A stretch of 64,000 bases of DNA from Octopus sinensis. Its lineage: Eukaryota. Location of the stretch: contig NC_043000.1 in NCBI RefSeq assembly GCF_006345805.1, positions 51,460,001 to 51,524,000 on the forward strand, written 5' to 3'. Below, piece by piece: positions 24,517 to 37,833 of this stretch. Both the position numbers and the translations under genes were made by a program. Each line of letters begins with the position of its first letter. Positions within the stretch are counted from its first letter, which is position 1. Below the pieces are notes generated by a model, which was not told where the DNA came from, ran no database searches, and saw only the letters and a list, made by a program, of their open reading frames with translations.

Positions 24517-24822
24517 AAACGTTTGTTTAGGATCTGGAAAGTTCCTCTCCATCCCAATATGCATGTGTGAGAGAAATATACAATTATGTTCTTTATATGC
24601 ATGTATTCGAGATTCAGACTTTCTGTTTATTTATTTATGTAAACATTGAACAAACCTTTACTAATTTCAAATTAATTACAGATCTCTCTCAGAGAATAAA
24701 TGACTCAATTAGTTGAATCAAGATGTGACTTCTGAGGTTCATGTGTATCTAGTTACAGTATAATTATAAACAAACATATGAATATGTATATATGTATAAT
24801 ATATTTTGTATGCGTATGTATG

Positions 24823-24858
<36 letters not shown>

Positions 24859-24940
24859 GATAGAGAGAGATAATATATATATATTATTTTATGCTTTTAC
24901 TTCTTTCAGTCATTTGACTCCAGCCATTCTGGAGCATGCC

Positions 24941-24998
<58 letters not shown>

Positions 24999-25231
24999 TA
25001 AATACAGTGTACATTTAAACACATAAGAGATGGCCATAATAGAACATCTAACTCACTAGAAGGAATAGTTGTAATCTAAACCACTATTAGGAGTAATTCC
25101 AATAGGGAATGAAAAATAAAAACATTTACCATCTATTTCCTGTACCATGGTTTCAAGCTATCTTCAGCAAATAAAATAATTTGCTAGGCAAAGCTATCAT
25201 CAGCAGGAAAGCCAAGATTAACATATAAATA

Positions 25232-25469
25232 CGAGGCAATACAGAACATGCCTCATGCTTACATGTTATAATTTTTCAAATTCACTGCACAAGCACAGCT
25301 TTTGATTGGCAGCAAATATTGACTAGTATTTTTGGTCATGTTAAACCACTGGTAGCAAGAAATTTCTAAATAATATTTTGCTACCCTGAAATTTATTAAT
25401 AATGAATTTTTGGCTAATTTTGGAAGAAATTATAACATGGAAGCATAAGGTATGTTCTGTATTGCCTCG
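25232..25469. mobile_element. Mariner-type MITE (238 bp)
   Basis: 43-bp TIRs (cgaggcaatacagaacat...) with 3 mismatches; TA on both sides (25230-25231, 25470-25471). Confidence 0.88.
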
Positions 25470-25474
25470 TATGT

Positions 25475-25659
25475 ATGTTGAGTTGAGTGGGCAGATGTTA
25501 GAGGATATGTGCTTGCAGAAAATGTCTGACAGCCATGACTGGGTTTTCCTGCTTGTGTGGCATGGTGCAAAGTCCTGTTGCTAGACATAGGGTTTTCAGC
25601 AGCGATCTTCTTGACTCAGGGCAGCACTACCACCTCGACAATTCACCCATAACACCCTG
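25475..25659 (-). mobile_element. Internally deleted Tc1/mariner (maT/DD37D-like) element: left TIR fused to catalytic-domain fragment
   Basis: TA-cagggtg terminus directly followed by EVVVLP*VKKIAA..PYV*QQDFAPCHTSRKTQSWLSDIFCKHISSNICPLNS, matching the WQQDSAP.H...TQ.WL...WPPNSPD motif. Confidence 0.85.
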
Positions 25660-25726
<67 letters not shown>

Positions 25727-26349
25727 GTATATATATATATATATATATAACAGCCGTGTATATACATAGTGTATACATATATATATAGAGAGAGAGAGGG
25801 GGAGAGAGATATAGATATGTAAATAAATGTGTGTGCATGTGTATGTGTGTATATATATATAGATAGACAGATATATAACTGAATAAATAAATCAAAGTAT
25901 GTATATATCAATACAAAATATATACACCATGTGCATATGTATGTATGTTCATGGATGTGTGTATACAAACTCATAATATTTGTATTTATTAGGATGCCTA
26001 CTTTCATGCTGATGGAAAACCATAGCTACTGCAGATGAAATAAGTTAAAAGGAAAGTTATATTTTGAAGAATAAGTTCAATGAATGTACCATATTCTATA
26101 AAAACTGATAATATATATTTTATGAATGTATTGCTAAAGATGGAATAAAGCATTTACCAGCAGTATTTCACACCAAATATGAAACTGCTTTGGGGAAAAA
26201 AAAAAGAAGAGAGAAGCATAAGTAACAATAAGATAAGAATGGATATATGTGCACAAGTATACATATATGTGTGATGTGTGAGTATGTGTGTTTGTGTGTG
26301 TGTATAATGAATGCAATAATATATACAGAAATGAAATATGCAATGATTT

Positions 26350-26366
26350 CTGTGAATATGTATATA

Positions 26367-26416
<50 letters not shown>

Positions 26417-26588
26417 GTATATATATGTGTGTGTGTGTGTTCATTGATCTGAATGTGTATGTATTTGCATGCAGTTAACTTCCAGGAAATGAAAGAAAAT
26501 AGATAAGGAATCAGAAGGATGGATTACTTGCATGAAATTAGTTTTTGCATATAATGAAGCATATATATATATATATATATATATTTAT

Positions 26589-26636
<48 letters not shown>

Positions 26637-26810
26637 TTGTGTGTGTGTGTGTATATATATATACAGAAATATATATACATACATATATATACACGCAGAT
26701 ATACATGTATATATATGTTTATATATATATTTATATATGCATAGGCATATATATATATATATATTTACACATACGTGTATATACTCATTTATACATATGT
26801 ATAATAAATT
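26350..26810. repeat. (TA)n/(TG)n/(CA)n low-complexity tract
   Basis: Directly visible. Confidence 0.9.
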
Positions 26811-27080
26811 TATGTTTGTGCTGAATTATGTTGAAAGAATATGGTGCAAATTAAATTGAAATATGTGCACCCACATTGTGTACATGCATGCATGAATGTG
26901 AGTATGCATGTTTCTACCTGTCACTATCCCAGTGTGTTTATATACAATTTATGTTATAGATATAATAACATTGGGTTGTAGGACCTTCAATAATAATTGT
27001 GCTAACCTTCATATATGGCTTTTGATAACTAAAGATATTCCCCCACACAAATATATAAAATAATGTAAAACAATATATAA

Positions 27081-27124
<44 letters not shown>

Positions 27125-27175
27125 ATATTTGTATTTAGGAATATCTAAATTTATCAAAAGTTATGAGATATATCG

Positions 27176-27211
<36 letters not shown>

Positions 27212-27643
27212 GATTTTGAATAACTGTATAGCATGGTATTAGCAAATATATGGATATACAATGGTTTGCATTGCATAGTGAGGTTTTAAGATTATCTTTG
27301 CTTATTGCTTTAAGTCATTTAGGGTTAGAAAGATGAACTTTTAAAAAATATATATGTTTCTCTTTCATTATCATCTCTGTGTTTCTTTTCCTTTCTCATC
27401 ATCTCTATTTTGCTCTCTCTCTCTCTCTCAATCTCTCCTTCCATATTCTCTCATTCTCTATTTATCTATATATGTATATACATATGTGTGTGTGTGTATG
27501 TGTTTGTTTGTTTAGATGATATTGCAATATCACATGAAAATAAGCAGAAACATCCATGCTCAGTAAGCATTGCCTGACAGCTTTTGCATGATTCTCTCCT
27601 TTTCTCCTCTCAGCATATACATTTACTTATATTCTGACTTTTG

Positions 27644-27691
<48 letters not shown>

Positions 27692-28210
27692 ATATGCGTG
27701 TGTGCCTCATCATCATTGTCATTATTATTATTATTACTACTACTACAACAATTTATTTAGCAAAAGGTGTATACATTATGCAGGCCCACACACAGTATAA
27801 CATATACAATACTTAGAATATCTATTTTATAAAAAAGTGTCGTCAGAAGCATATTACGTGGAAATGGCGGAGAACTAACTGAACTGCTTCTGCTTTGATT
27901 CTTTTAACTATTATTCTTCTCTTGAATCATGGAAAGAATTTCCAGTAATGATATATATGTAGGAGCTACAGATAAAACTTCTTGGTAAATCTCAACTTGT
28001 AATTATTCATGGAGACAATAACAGTCTAAATATAATTCTTGCTTCTGCATGGAGAAAATGTGAAATTTATATCAAAGAATTTGCTTTATAATTTATCACT
28101 GATATTAAATATATCACAAAATGTAAGATGGTACTATTGAGTTATTTACATATATGGTTCATATAATCAAATTACTTAGTATTTATTTTCTACACTACAG
28201 TACACACACA

Positions 28211-28261
<51 letters not shown>

Positions 28262-29794
28262 CATAACACTCTTAAATTTACTGATGCAATAATTGCATTT
28301 AAAGATCTGTTTTCTTACTTGTATGAATTTAATCTTATCTAATATCAATTATGGTACCATAAGAAAGTAAAGCAGCTTAAATTCAAATGCTTGCATGGAT
28401 CTGTTTTGAATATTCCATGGACGAATTAATATATATATATTCACACACAGACATGCACATACAAAATTATAAAAAATTGAAGCTGTATAATATTTAACAA
28501 TTTTATACTTTAGATAGTCAAGTAATGTCGCAATAAATCTTATATATATTTTCATTGTTTAATTTTCTGTTTTTCTTGCATTGAGCTTTTCTTTATTATT
28601 CTTGTGAACATGAAAATGGTTAATTTCTTAATTTTGCGTATAATATTTGTTAATACATTTTATTTAGAATTTGAAACATGAGATTTAAATTAATTTTGAA
28701 GATTGGGAAGAATACACAGAAACTCTTATTTAATGTTTTTAAACCTTTTGTGTTGCATGAGAGAGAGTGTGTTTGTGTGTGTGTGTGTGTTTAAGAGTGA
28801 ATTATTGTTTCAAGAAAAATATGTTTTGTCTATAACCTCCAGGAGCTTTATAAAGCAAATAGGTAAATGAAATCAATGATATTGAATGATAATTACGTAA
28901 CTGCAGAATTGCCAGCAAGTTATGAAGATCAAAGCATATTATATTTGCATTGGAATCTTCATAGAAATTGCACGATGTCAGAATTTATAAATTTCATGAC
29001 AGGGATGACTTCCTAATGAGTGAAATTTATTTTGAAGAGGTTCAAAGAATGGTAATAATGAAAGGGAGACATACTCTCAAACAGGAGAGTATCATTCCAC
29101 AGAACACAATACATTCAACTTCAAGATCAAAATTGTTTATTTTTTCCTTCTTCTTCTAAAGTGAAATCCAAGTTCTGTTGATCAGGTATGGTTTTGTAAA
29201 AACTGACAGCACATCCGTGTCTGTAGAGTTCATCTCAAACCAGTAGTACCCACCAGTAGCAGTGCCAGCCCAAGTACATCTGGAAATTATCCATGATAGT
29301 TCCTGACTGGAAAGTTCTTTGGAACAGATTAGCCAGTTCGTTCACATCGGTGCCCAGAGTTTCCCCAAGAATGTTGTCACACTTTCCCATCACTAATCCT
29401 CTATAAATTTCTAAAGCAGAACATCCACCCATTGACCAACTGGTAGAGAACTGTGAGCACCTGACGACATTTTGGGTGTTAGGCGCCCAGTTTCAGTCTT
29501 TTATCACCCAGTACTGCAAATCTGTCAAGGAGACAAGTTGCAGAAAAACAAACCTCACAAATGGAGTCCACACATGCTCACTGTTCAGAAATCGTTGCAG
29601 GTGGCATGATCTAAGTTTGTGTCTGTACATTAGGAACCATGGCACACCTAATCTGCCACTCAGAGGATGCTGGAAAATAATGACAATAATAATAATAATA
29701 ATAATGGTTTCTGACTAAGGCACAAAGCTACAAATTTAAAGAGGGAAGGGTTAAAGCAATACTGTAACCCTAAGTACTTATTATTATTATGTAG

Positions 29795-30010
29795 GTGAGC
29801 TGGCTGAATTGTTAGAGCATCACAAATAATGCCTTGCAGTATTCTTTGACTTTTCTTGACATCCAAATCCTGTTGATGTCAATTTTGCCTTTGGACAGAT
29901 GATTTCATTGATTCCAGCACTTAAAATAAGTACTAGTTAAGCACTGGAGTCAATGAAATCAACTTCTCCCTCTCCCAAAAGTTCAGGCCTTGTGCCTTTA
30001 GCAGATATTA
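29795..30010 (+). mobile_element. SINE family B, decayed
   Basis: ggtgagctggctgaattgttag head; aataagtact core; ggccttgtgcct tail. Confidence 0.7.
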
Positions 30011-30049
30011 TTATTACTGTTGTTGTTTTATTTCTCAGAGTGCTAGATT

Positions 30050-30650
30050 TTGTTTGCTCTGGTACGTTCTATGCGAGCGGACAGCAGCTTACTGTCAGAG
30101 GTCTCACAGGGTCTCTTTTCACACATTATAAGCTTTGATGCTTGGTTGTTAATTATCATGGGAGACATTCAACTATTGAATGAGAGAACAGCACATGCTA
30201 TCAAAGTGACACTGATAAAAGTCCATAAGGCACATGCATCACAGCCATATATGTGCAACATGGTGATCTCATATCAAGATAAACAGAGCATGACGTTGCA
30301 GGTTAGAATTTTCTTCAGGTCAAGTAGACATCCCACTCAAAAGGTTCTTCAATAAAGATTGTTTAAGGATGTTGAATGAAACACCCAAGTTTCCAGGGGA
30401 TGAATTATTCAAACTGCAAAGAATTCCTCTTAACACATGGCTATGATGCTCCTTTGCTACTTCTGCTCATGATCAGAGATGCACATATTGTCTGCTACTA
30501 AGGGAGATACAAACAACTGACAAGCAAATCTGTGGTATTGAGCAGAATATTTGCTGTAGCCCATCTTTTATACCAAGACAAAACAATGTACATGATAACA
30601 CTTCCAATCAGAAGCTATGAGAGCCATTGTCTGGTACTGCATCAGAGCTA
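30050..30650. repeat. Probable interspersed repeat, unclassified
   Basis: GC-richer non-coding island bounded by simple repeats; recalled as resembling an octopus repeat, with no second copy in this window. Confidence 0.4.
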
Positions 30651-31599
30651 CTACTACTACTACTACTCTGATAGGTATTTTGTATATCAGTCATTTTTAC
30701 TAAATAATAAAATGTCAATGTGAAAAGGTGTTGATTTATGGTTCCTTGGAGGATTTCTTCTCTCTCAACATCATTAAGTTTTCTTTGTACGTGAAAAAAT
30801 AGCAGCAAAATGTTTTCGTTAAAGTATATATGTATCTCTATAGAAAATGATAATTATTTCTATGAAATTATTTTTTCATTCCATTTCTTATAAGGGAAAA
30901 TATTTCCTTCGTTGGGAAATGTTTTCTGCGCTTTATGTCAATTTTTATGTTACATACATTAATAAATGTATCTGCATGTGTATATCAATATGTATTTATA
31001 TAAATACATGAGATACTGATCAAATGTATCTGAATGCATATGTCTGGGAATGAAAGAAATCCATGTAGTACCAGTTCAGTTAACACAATTTAGCATACCC
31101 ATCTTCCCAATAAATTGATCTGTAGTATCAAATTGATATTTCAATATTAATATGCCTTAGTCAAAGCTTGGAAAAACAAGCAACAAACAAAGAAATTGTA
31201 TTGGTACATCAGTTGTTCATAGATTGCCTCCCTGCTTAGTCAATGCTCTTCACTCATGTGGCAGTCTTCTAAGGAATGAAACTCTTCAACAGGTTTCCTA
31301 TATGAAGAATTCACTGGTGGTAAGCAACTTCCTCATGTGGTAAAGTCGTGGAAGTTACAGTAAAGTCTCATATTAGAACTATGTGCTAATGGTAATTTAT
31401 GCTTTTTCTCCACTTCACTCTCTTTCTCTCTTTCTCATATGGTTGTTATGGCATAAAAACAATTAATTTGTTTCTGTCTTTCTTCAATATATTTTGTTTC
31501 ATGTCACTCTGTGTATATATACATACATACATACCTACCTACCTACCTACATACATACATACATACATACATACATACATACATACATACATACATACA

Positions 31600-31815
31600 T
31601 AGTTTCAAATTTTGGCATAAGGTGAGTAATTTAGGAGGGATGGGTAAGTTGATTACATCAACCCTAGTGTTCTACTGGCACTTATTTTATTGGCCCCTTA
31701 ATGAATGAAAAACAGAATCGACCTTGATAGAGTTTGAACTCAGAATATAAAAAAACAGATAAAATACCACTAAGCATTTTATCCAGCATGCTAATAATTC
31801 TGACAGCTTGCTACC
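31600..31815 (-). mobile_element. SINE family B
   Basis: Reverse of family B head and core (gagtttgaactcagaat...ttctgacagcttgctacc). Confidence 0.7.
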
Positions 31816-32515
31816 TTACATACATTCATACATACAGAGAGAAAGAGTGAGAGAGATTTATATTAGTGTATGTGTATATTTATTTATACATACATATATA
31901 CAACTTCTTACAGGATTTATTGAGACACTGTCATAGCATACAACATATCTTAGACAGTTTAGACCTGGTGGAGCCCTTCCTTCTTCAGGTCTGATCATAA
32001 TCAGTTTCTTCTAAAGGGAGAGAAAGAGACATACAAAAAGAAATGGAGAATAAGAAGAATTGACTCCAGTATAGGACTGTCAATTTATTCATTGACTCTA
32101 AAAGGAGGAAAGGCACTGCTGAACTCACCAGGGCTTATACTAAGAGCACAAGGAGTTTAAACAATTACAGCAAAGCAATCTATCCAATGCTCCAATGACT
32201 CTTCCAGTTGGCCATCTGTTCACACACACACACACATATATATATAAATATATACATATATTAATAAACACACGCACACACATTCATGCACACACATATT
32301 GTATTTCTATATTTTGATTTTCATTTATATGCTAAGATTAATTTCTACAGAAAAGAGGAAATTATTCTTCAAGGAAATTATAAGTAAATATTGTCAGAAA
32401 GTGTTGTCTTCTTCCCTTATGATCAAATCACTCACTTTACATTGTGTTGAAATCAGTTTCAAATTATTTTCTGTTTTGCATGGAACATACATAAAATAAA
32501 ATTCCATTAATTCCC

Positions 32516-32561
<46 letters not shown>

Positions 32562-33569
32562 AATTTACCTTCCTTGCTAAGCTGCCTACAATCCAGTTAT
32601 CTGACTATGTATCTTGTGCAGCTCTATGTTTTATCTCCCTTAAATATTGACACATTTACTATAATGTTTCTTGATCATATAACTCTCTTTATCAGTATAT
32701 CTATCTATCTAACTACTATTTCTATATCAACAGCATCATGACATACCCAACTAATAACCCCTACTCTCCAAATAAAAACTGGAAATACCCTAAATATTAC
32801 AAGTACAGAAAATGACCCACTCAAACATATCACCTACTTACATTCTTTTGTGAATCTCTAAAAATTTTGTTGCATAAAAATTGTAAGTTCTTAAATACTG
32901 GACTGAACTTTTAACCCTTGACCTTTACATTGTCAAAGCAAAGGATTGAATCTAATAAAACCAAAAATTAGTAAAAATTACTGACATATCTTATACCTAC
33001 CTACCAAAAATATTCACACCTGCTTACAAAGTTCGACATACATAAATAAATTCTAACCAATAATATAACCCCACATTTAATCAATAAAAATTTCTTCAAA
33101 GCACTTCTTCATAACAACCCATCCTAAAACCTAATTTCCACTTTCTTCAAACCCACATAGATTTTAACTCAATAGAGACTATATAGAGCTAGAATTAACT
33201 TTAATGTCTCACAGTCCAATGATGGCTTAAGTGGCTGAAACCCTAGTTACTGTCAATAATATTCTTGTTCAGAAGAAGAATATACATTAATCCCATGCTT
33301 GATTTGTTTCATCATCATTTTCACAGCAACCACTAAATGGATGTGTCTATTCATCTCCAACAATAGAGAGCAGTCACCATATTTCATTCCATAATGACTG
33401 CCTCCAAAGAGCACAGGGTTGCATAATTGGACTATTACCTAACACTCCATTGAACCCTCTTGTGTGAAACCGATTGGTAAGATCGGCCGTAATGGATATA
33501 TACAATACTGTACACTTTAGCATATATATGTATATATTTATATATGCTAAAGTAGGAAAGCAAACAAGA

Positions 33570-34180
33570 TTCTGGTATACACTGGATAAATTATTATGTG
33601 GATACAAATACTGTTGGAGGACTGCAGAAAGATTAGCAGAGAAGTTAAACTTTGTATGAGACAGATGCTTGTTTGTAATTTGTAACATAAAACAATTGCT
33701 CAAATATTTGGAAAATTCCTTAGAGGTAGTTGATATCTTTTGTTGCTTGTATGATCTTATTAGCAAAGAAGGTGGATGTTCCAAAGCATTGAATCCAGAA
33801 TAAGAATAGGATGTTCACAAAGGGTATTTTTTCTGTTTTTTAAGTAATTGAGCAGAATGCATGATTTTTATGTTTGAAGTGCAAAGCTGTATGATAGCAG
33901 CATACAGACCTTGGATGCAGGAGATTTATGAACGCCAGAAAAAAAAAGGAAGCAAGCATGCTCCACAGGATATGTCATCCATAAATTACTTAAGAGAAAA
34001 TCTCTATAGAAGAGGAATCAGATGTAGTATGTAAGAGAGAAGACTGCCCTATTGCAATTGTGTGATGCATGTGAAGGATGTCAGTGCCAAGTGTTTGAAG
34101 TGGTTGGAGCCTTTGAAGAAAATGAGGACCTAAGAAGACATGGGATAAAGTGAAGTCATAAAGTCTGATCTTAAGGTGTG
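33570..34180 (+). mobile_element. Decayed RTE-clade LINE, RT C-terminal region
   Basis: EVVDIFCCLYDLISKEGGCSK...EASMLHRIC...GPKKTWDKV matches the RTE EVV..F.YLG..IS..GGC...RGRP+KTW pattern. Confidence 0.75.
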
Positions 34181-35488
34181 TGTGAGTGTATGAGAGTGTG
34201 AGTGTGTGTGTGTGTGTAATGTGTATATTTTGGTGTGTGCAAGAGATGAGAATATGTTCTTACACTGACTATTTCCTATTTCTTGTCTATCAACATTAAA
34301 TATTTAAACTTCAGTATAAAATACTGTTACATGACAACAAAACATATGTAATCCAGTCTATATTATTGATTTCTTACTTATGCACATAGCCATTTCCTTG
34401 ATGATGATACTTCAAACCAGTGTCCATGAGTTTGTTTAGACGAACTGAAATGTTTGACTGATATTGTGGTTCTGATTCTTAAAATATATTTTCTATATAT
34501 AATTACTGTTCAGTGTAGATTGTTTTTTTTTTCTTTTTTTTATATATATTTTATTATCTCAAAATATATTCCTATCTATGATTATTAAATTGATTTTATT
34601 TTCATTTAATTAATCCTCCATATAAAATTTATTCAAGTTACTTTACACAATATTAAACCAAATGTTAATTACATTAAAACATTATAACCCTGCAGAAATT
34701 GAATAGGGATATCTTCCTTTCACCTTCAAGGACAATTTTGTTTTAATTTACACTTTCATACTCTTTTAAAAATGACAAAGAATCTTAAAAAAAAGCAAAT
34801 TAGTGTTTGGATTAAATTATTGTGTCACATAACCTGTTGCAAAACTACAATCAAGTTAAATGTAAAACAAAATTAATAAAAGAAAAAAAATCACATCATT
34901 CAACTGGACTATTTCAAATAAGCTCTCTTTCATGAGGTCAAAAGCCTTAGTGTTAAATTGGAAATGTTGTTAACAATTAGCCTGCATATGAACCAGAAAT
35001 CAATCACTTATCAGTCCCTCTCCAAAAAATCCGGAAATTTCTTACAGTTCATACAACCAAAGTTCAGAGCTTTCATTTCTAAAATTATCTCATGTGTCTC
35101 TTTAATTTTCCCCATCTTCCTCTTGAGATTGAAAGAACTCAGGGAAATTAAAAAAACAACAATTGCACTTGTGTTTTTGATAGTATTCCCTTTCAGAGTT
35201 CTCACATCTTCTACATTAGTCAATCTATATTGACTACCAATATAGGAGTGTGTAATTGTGGAAAACTTGGGCCTTCATCTACAAAGACAGTAATATTGTG
35301 GCTCCCTCCCTCTCTCTCTCTCTCTCTCTTTCTCTGATTTTATTGATCTCTTCCAATGTTCTTGCAGTATTAGTGCCCATCATTATTCAGTACCAGTTAA
35401 CAATAATCACGGGAAAAAGAAGTATATAAATGATTCCAAAATATGGAATGCATTGCCAATATCCATTAGGAATTCTTTAAAAAGATGC

Positions 35489-35519
<31 letters not shown>

Positions 35520-35775
35520 GCTTTTTTACCAACTCTGCACATTATTATTACCATACTATTTATAGTATATCTCAACCTGACATACCTTACTATAAATACC
35601 TTCTTCAGATACTTCAGTGCATGGTTAACAAATTTACTTTACAACCATGTGGTTCTGATTCAATTCCATTGTGTAGCACTGTAGGAAAGTACTTTCTGCC
35701 ATAGACTCAAGTTGACCAATGCTTCATCAGTAAATTCTGTGAACAAATAGACACAGACACTCATATATCTCCACT

Positions 35776-35798
<23 letters not shown>

Positions 35799-35838
<40 letters not shown>

Positions 35839-35922
35839 ATACATACATATATATATATATATAACTATATATATATATATATAATATATATATATATAAT
35901 ATATATATATATATATAATATA

Positions 35923-35964
<42 letters not shown>

Positions 35965-36155
35965 TATACATATATATACATACATATATATACATACATG
36001 CATATATATATATACACATATATATATATACACACACACATATATATATACAAATATACATATATATATACATATATATATATACATATACATACATACA
36101 TATATATATATATATACACACATATATATATATATATATATATACATATATATAT

Positions 36156-36190
<35 letters not shown>

Positions 36191-36218
36191 ATACATATAT
36201 ATATATATGTATATATGT
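35799..36218. repeat. About 420-bp (TA)n/(TACA)n microsatellite
   Basis: Directly visible. Confidence 0.95.
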
Positions 36219-36286
36219 CCAGTGCTTCATCAATGAGATTTGGTGAACAAACAAATACAGACACATTTACAGACTCATATATCTCC

Positions 36287-36323
<37 letters not shown>

Positions 36324-36419
36324 CTAACCTATTTCTATCTCTTTATTGTACTTTTCAACCTCTCATCCACTGGCACAAATCCACCTCCCTCAATACTACC
36401 TAACTCCCCAGTTGAACAG

Positions 36420-36610
36420 AAAACTTTGTCAGTGTCATGTGAAAAGTGCCCAGTACACTCTGTAAAAGTGGCTGGTGTTACAAAAGGTATCCAACCATAG
36501 AAACCATTCCAAAGCAGACAATGGAGCTTGGCACAATCCTCTTAACTTGCCAGTTCCTGTTAAACTGTCCAACCCATGCCAGCGTGGAAAATGAACATTA
36601 AATGATGATA
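36420..36610 (+). mobile_element. RTE-tailed SINE family C (sense orientation)
   Basis: ggtatccaaccatagaaacc...aacccatgccagcgtggaaaatgaacattaaatgatgat. Confidence 0.75.
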
Positions 36611-36709
36611 CACACACACACTCATATATCTACATAAACACACATATATGTTTGTCAGCATGGGTTTGATGAATATATTACAGAGGCATTATTGTTACAG
36701 CCTTATTAG

Positions 36710-36925
36710 GGCAGAGAGCTAGCAGAAACGTTAGCACATTGGGCAAAAATGATTTGTGACATTTGGTTCGTCTTTTTGCATTCTGAGTTCAAATTCTGCC
36801 AAAATCGACTTTACCTTCAATTCTTAAGGAATTGATAAAATAAGTATCAGTTGAACTTCAGGGCCAATGTAATCAATTTACTCCTTACCCCAAAATTGCT
36901 GGCCTTGTGCCAAAATATGAAATCA
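36710..36925 (+). mobile_element. SINE family B
   Basis: gagctagcagaaacgttagcac...ttctgagttcaaattc...ggccttgtgcc. Confidence 0.8.
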
Positions 36926-37224
36926 GTATTGTTACTACTCCTGTTGTTATGCCATGATTTTCAAGTAAGGCATAGCTTGTCGCAGGCTTCATTGAAGGCA
37001 TAAAGCCAGGGAATGGTATGTTCATAGGGAGAATGGCAATGTCACCACTTACAGCTCATCTACTTTCAAAGGAGCACAAATTCTTACAAACTTTTAGGTA
37101 TACACATGTATATTGTATGTATAAATTATGTTTGTATGTATGTATATATGTATGTTTGTATATATATATGTGCACTGTGTGTATATATGTGTGTAGTATA
37201 TATATATATATGTATATATGTACA

Positions 37225-37395
37225 TAGCGTTTTTCATTCTCTGTTTGTTTATTCTTTCATGTTCCTTTCTGTCGAAGAGCTTAGGCTCAAAATGTAATAG
37301 ACTTTCTCGCCTTCCCGAGTGTTAAACTAATACACCTGACTGTTTTTTATACACCTGTCTTTGTCTTTTGTTTTTTTTTTGTAAATTCCAACTAT
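37225..37395 (+). mobile_element. Short repeat with hammerhead-like motif (family H), copy 1
   Basis: Homologous to 62155-62345; flanked by (TA)n/(TG)n. Confidence 0.75.
37265..37300 (+). ncRNA. Degenerate hammerhead-like motif, non-canonical core
   Basis: CUUU-CUGUCGA-A-GAGC(UUAG)GCUC-AAAA-UGUA-AUAG; G12 and C15.2 altered by CpG-type transitions. Confidence 0.45.
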
Positions 37396-37418
37396 ATGTA
37401 TGTATATATATGTATATA

Positions 37419-37469
<51 letters not shown>

Positions 37470-37833
37470 ACAGGTTCTATCAGTTCTACTCTACCAAATC
37501 TATTTGCAAGTCTTTGATCAACCTAAGATTATAGTAGAAGGTGTTTGATCAAGGTACCATACAGTGAGACTGAACCACTATGTTTTCTGCATTAGGTTTA
37601 GCAACATTGCCTGCTGGCTTTAGACATTTAAACAGCACAAACCATAGTGTGGGGACAGTAACTCTGAATATGGAATTACTTGGGCTCTAATGATCCATCT
37701 CATGCATGCCAGCATGGAAATGTAGGTGTAAAGTAATGATAATGAGGATGATGTTGATGATAATGATGATGTGAAATATTTTGTTTTTCTTTCTTTTAAT
37801 ATGTTTTTTTTTTATTTTTCTTTCTAATTACAG

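Noticed and set aside
28851-28862. Junction of a 20-nt microexon candidate (ELYKAN, phase 0 to 2) that would join the signal exon to the CUB exon in frame
   Set aside because: It would give only half a CUB domain, and such short AG...GT matches are frequent by chance in AT-rich DNA.
31240-31325. GTAAGC donor with two possible acceptors (80-nt or 27-nt exon)
   Set aside because: No CUB or other domain motif, and the phases do not connect to the 37834 exon.
32740-33200. C/A-skewed tract suggesting a mitochondrial insertion (NUMT)
   Set aside because: No mitochondrial gene motif in any frame; faint similarity suggests a decayed I/Jockey-like LINE, too weak to call.
34958-35290. Zinc-knuckle-like words (CMNCKK on minus, CNCGKLG on plus)
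   Set aside because: The His and last Cys are missing and there is no supporting gag-like context.
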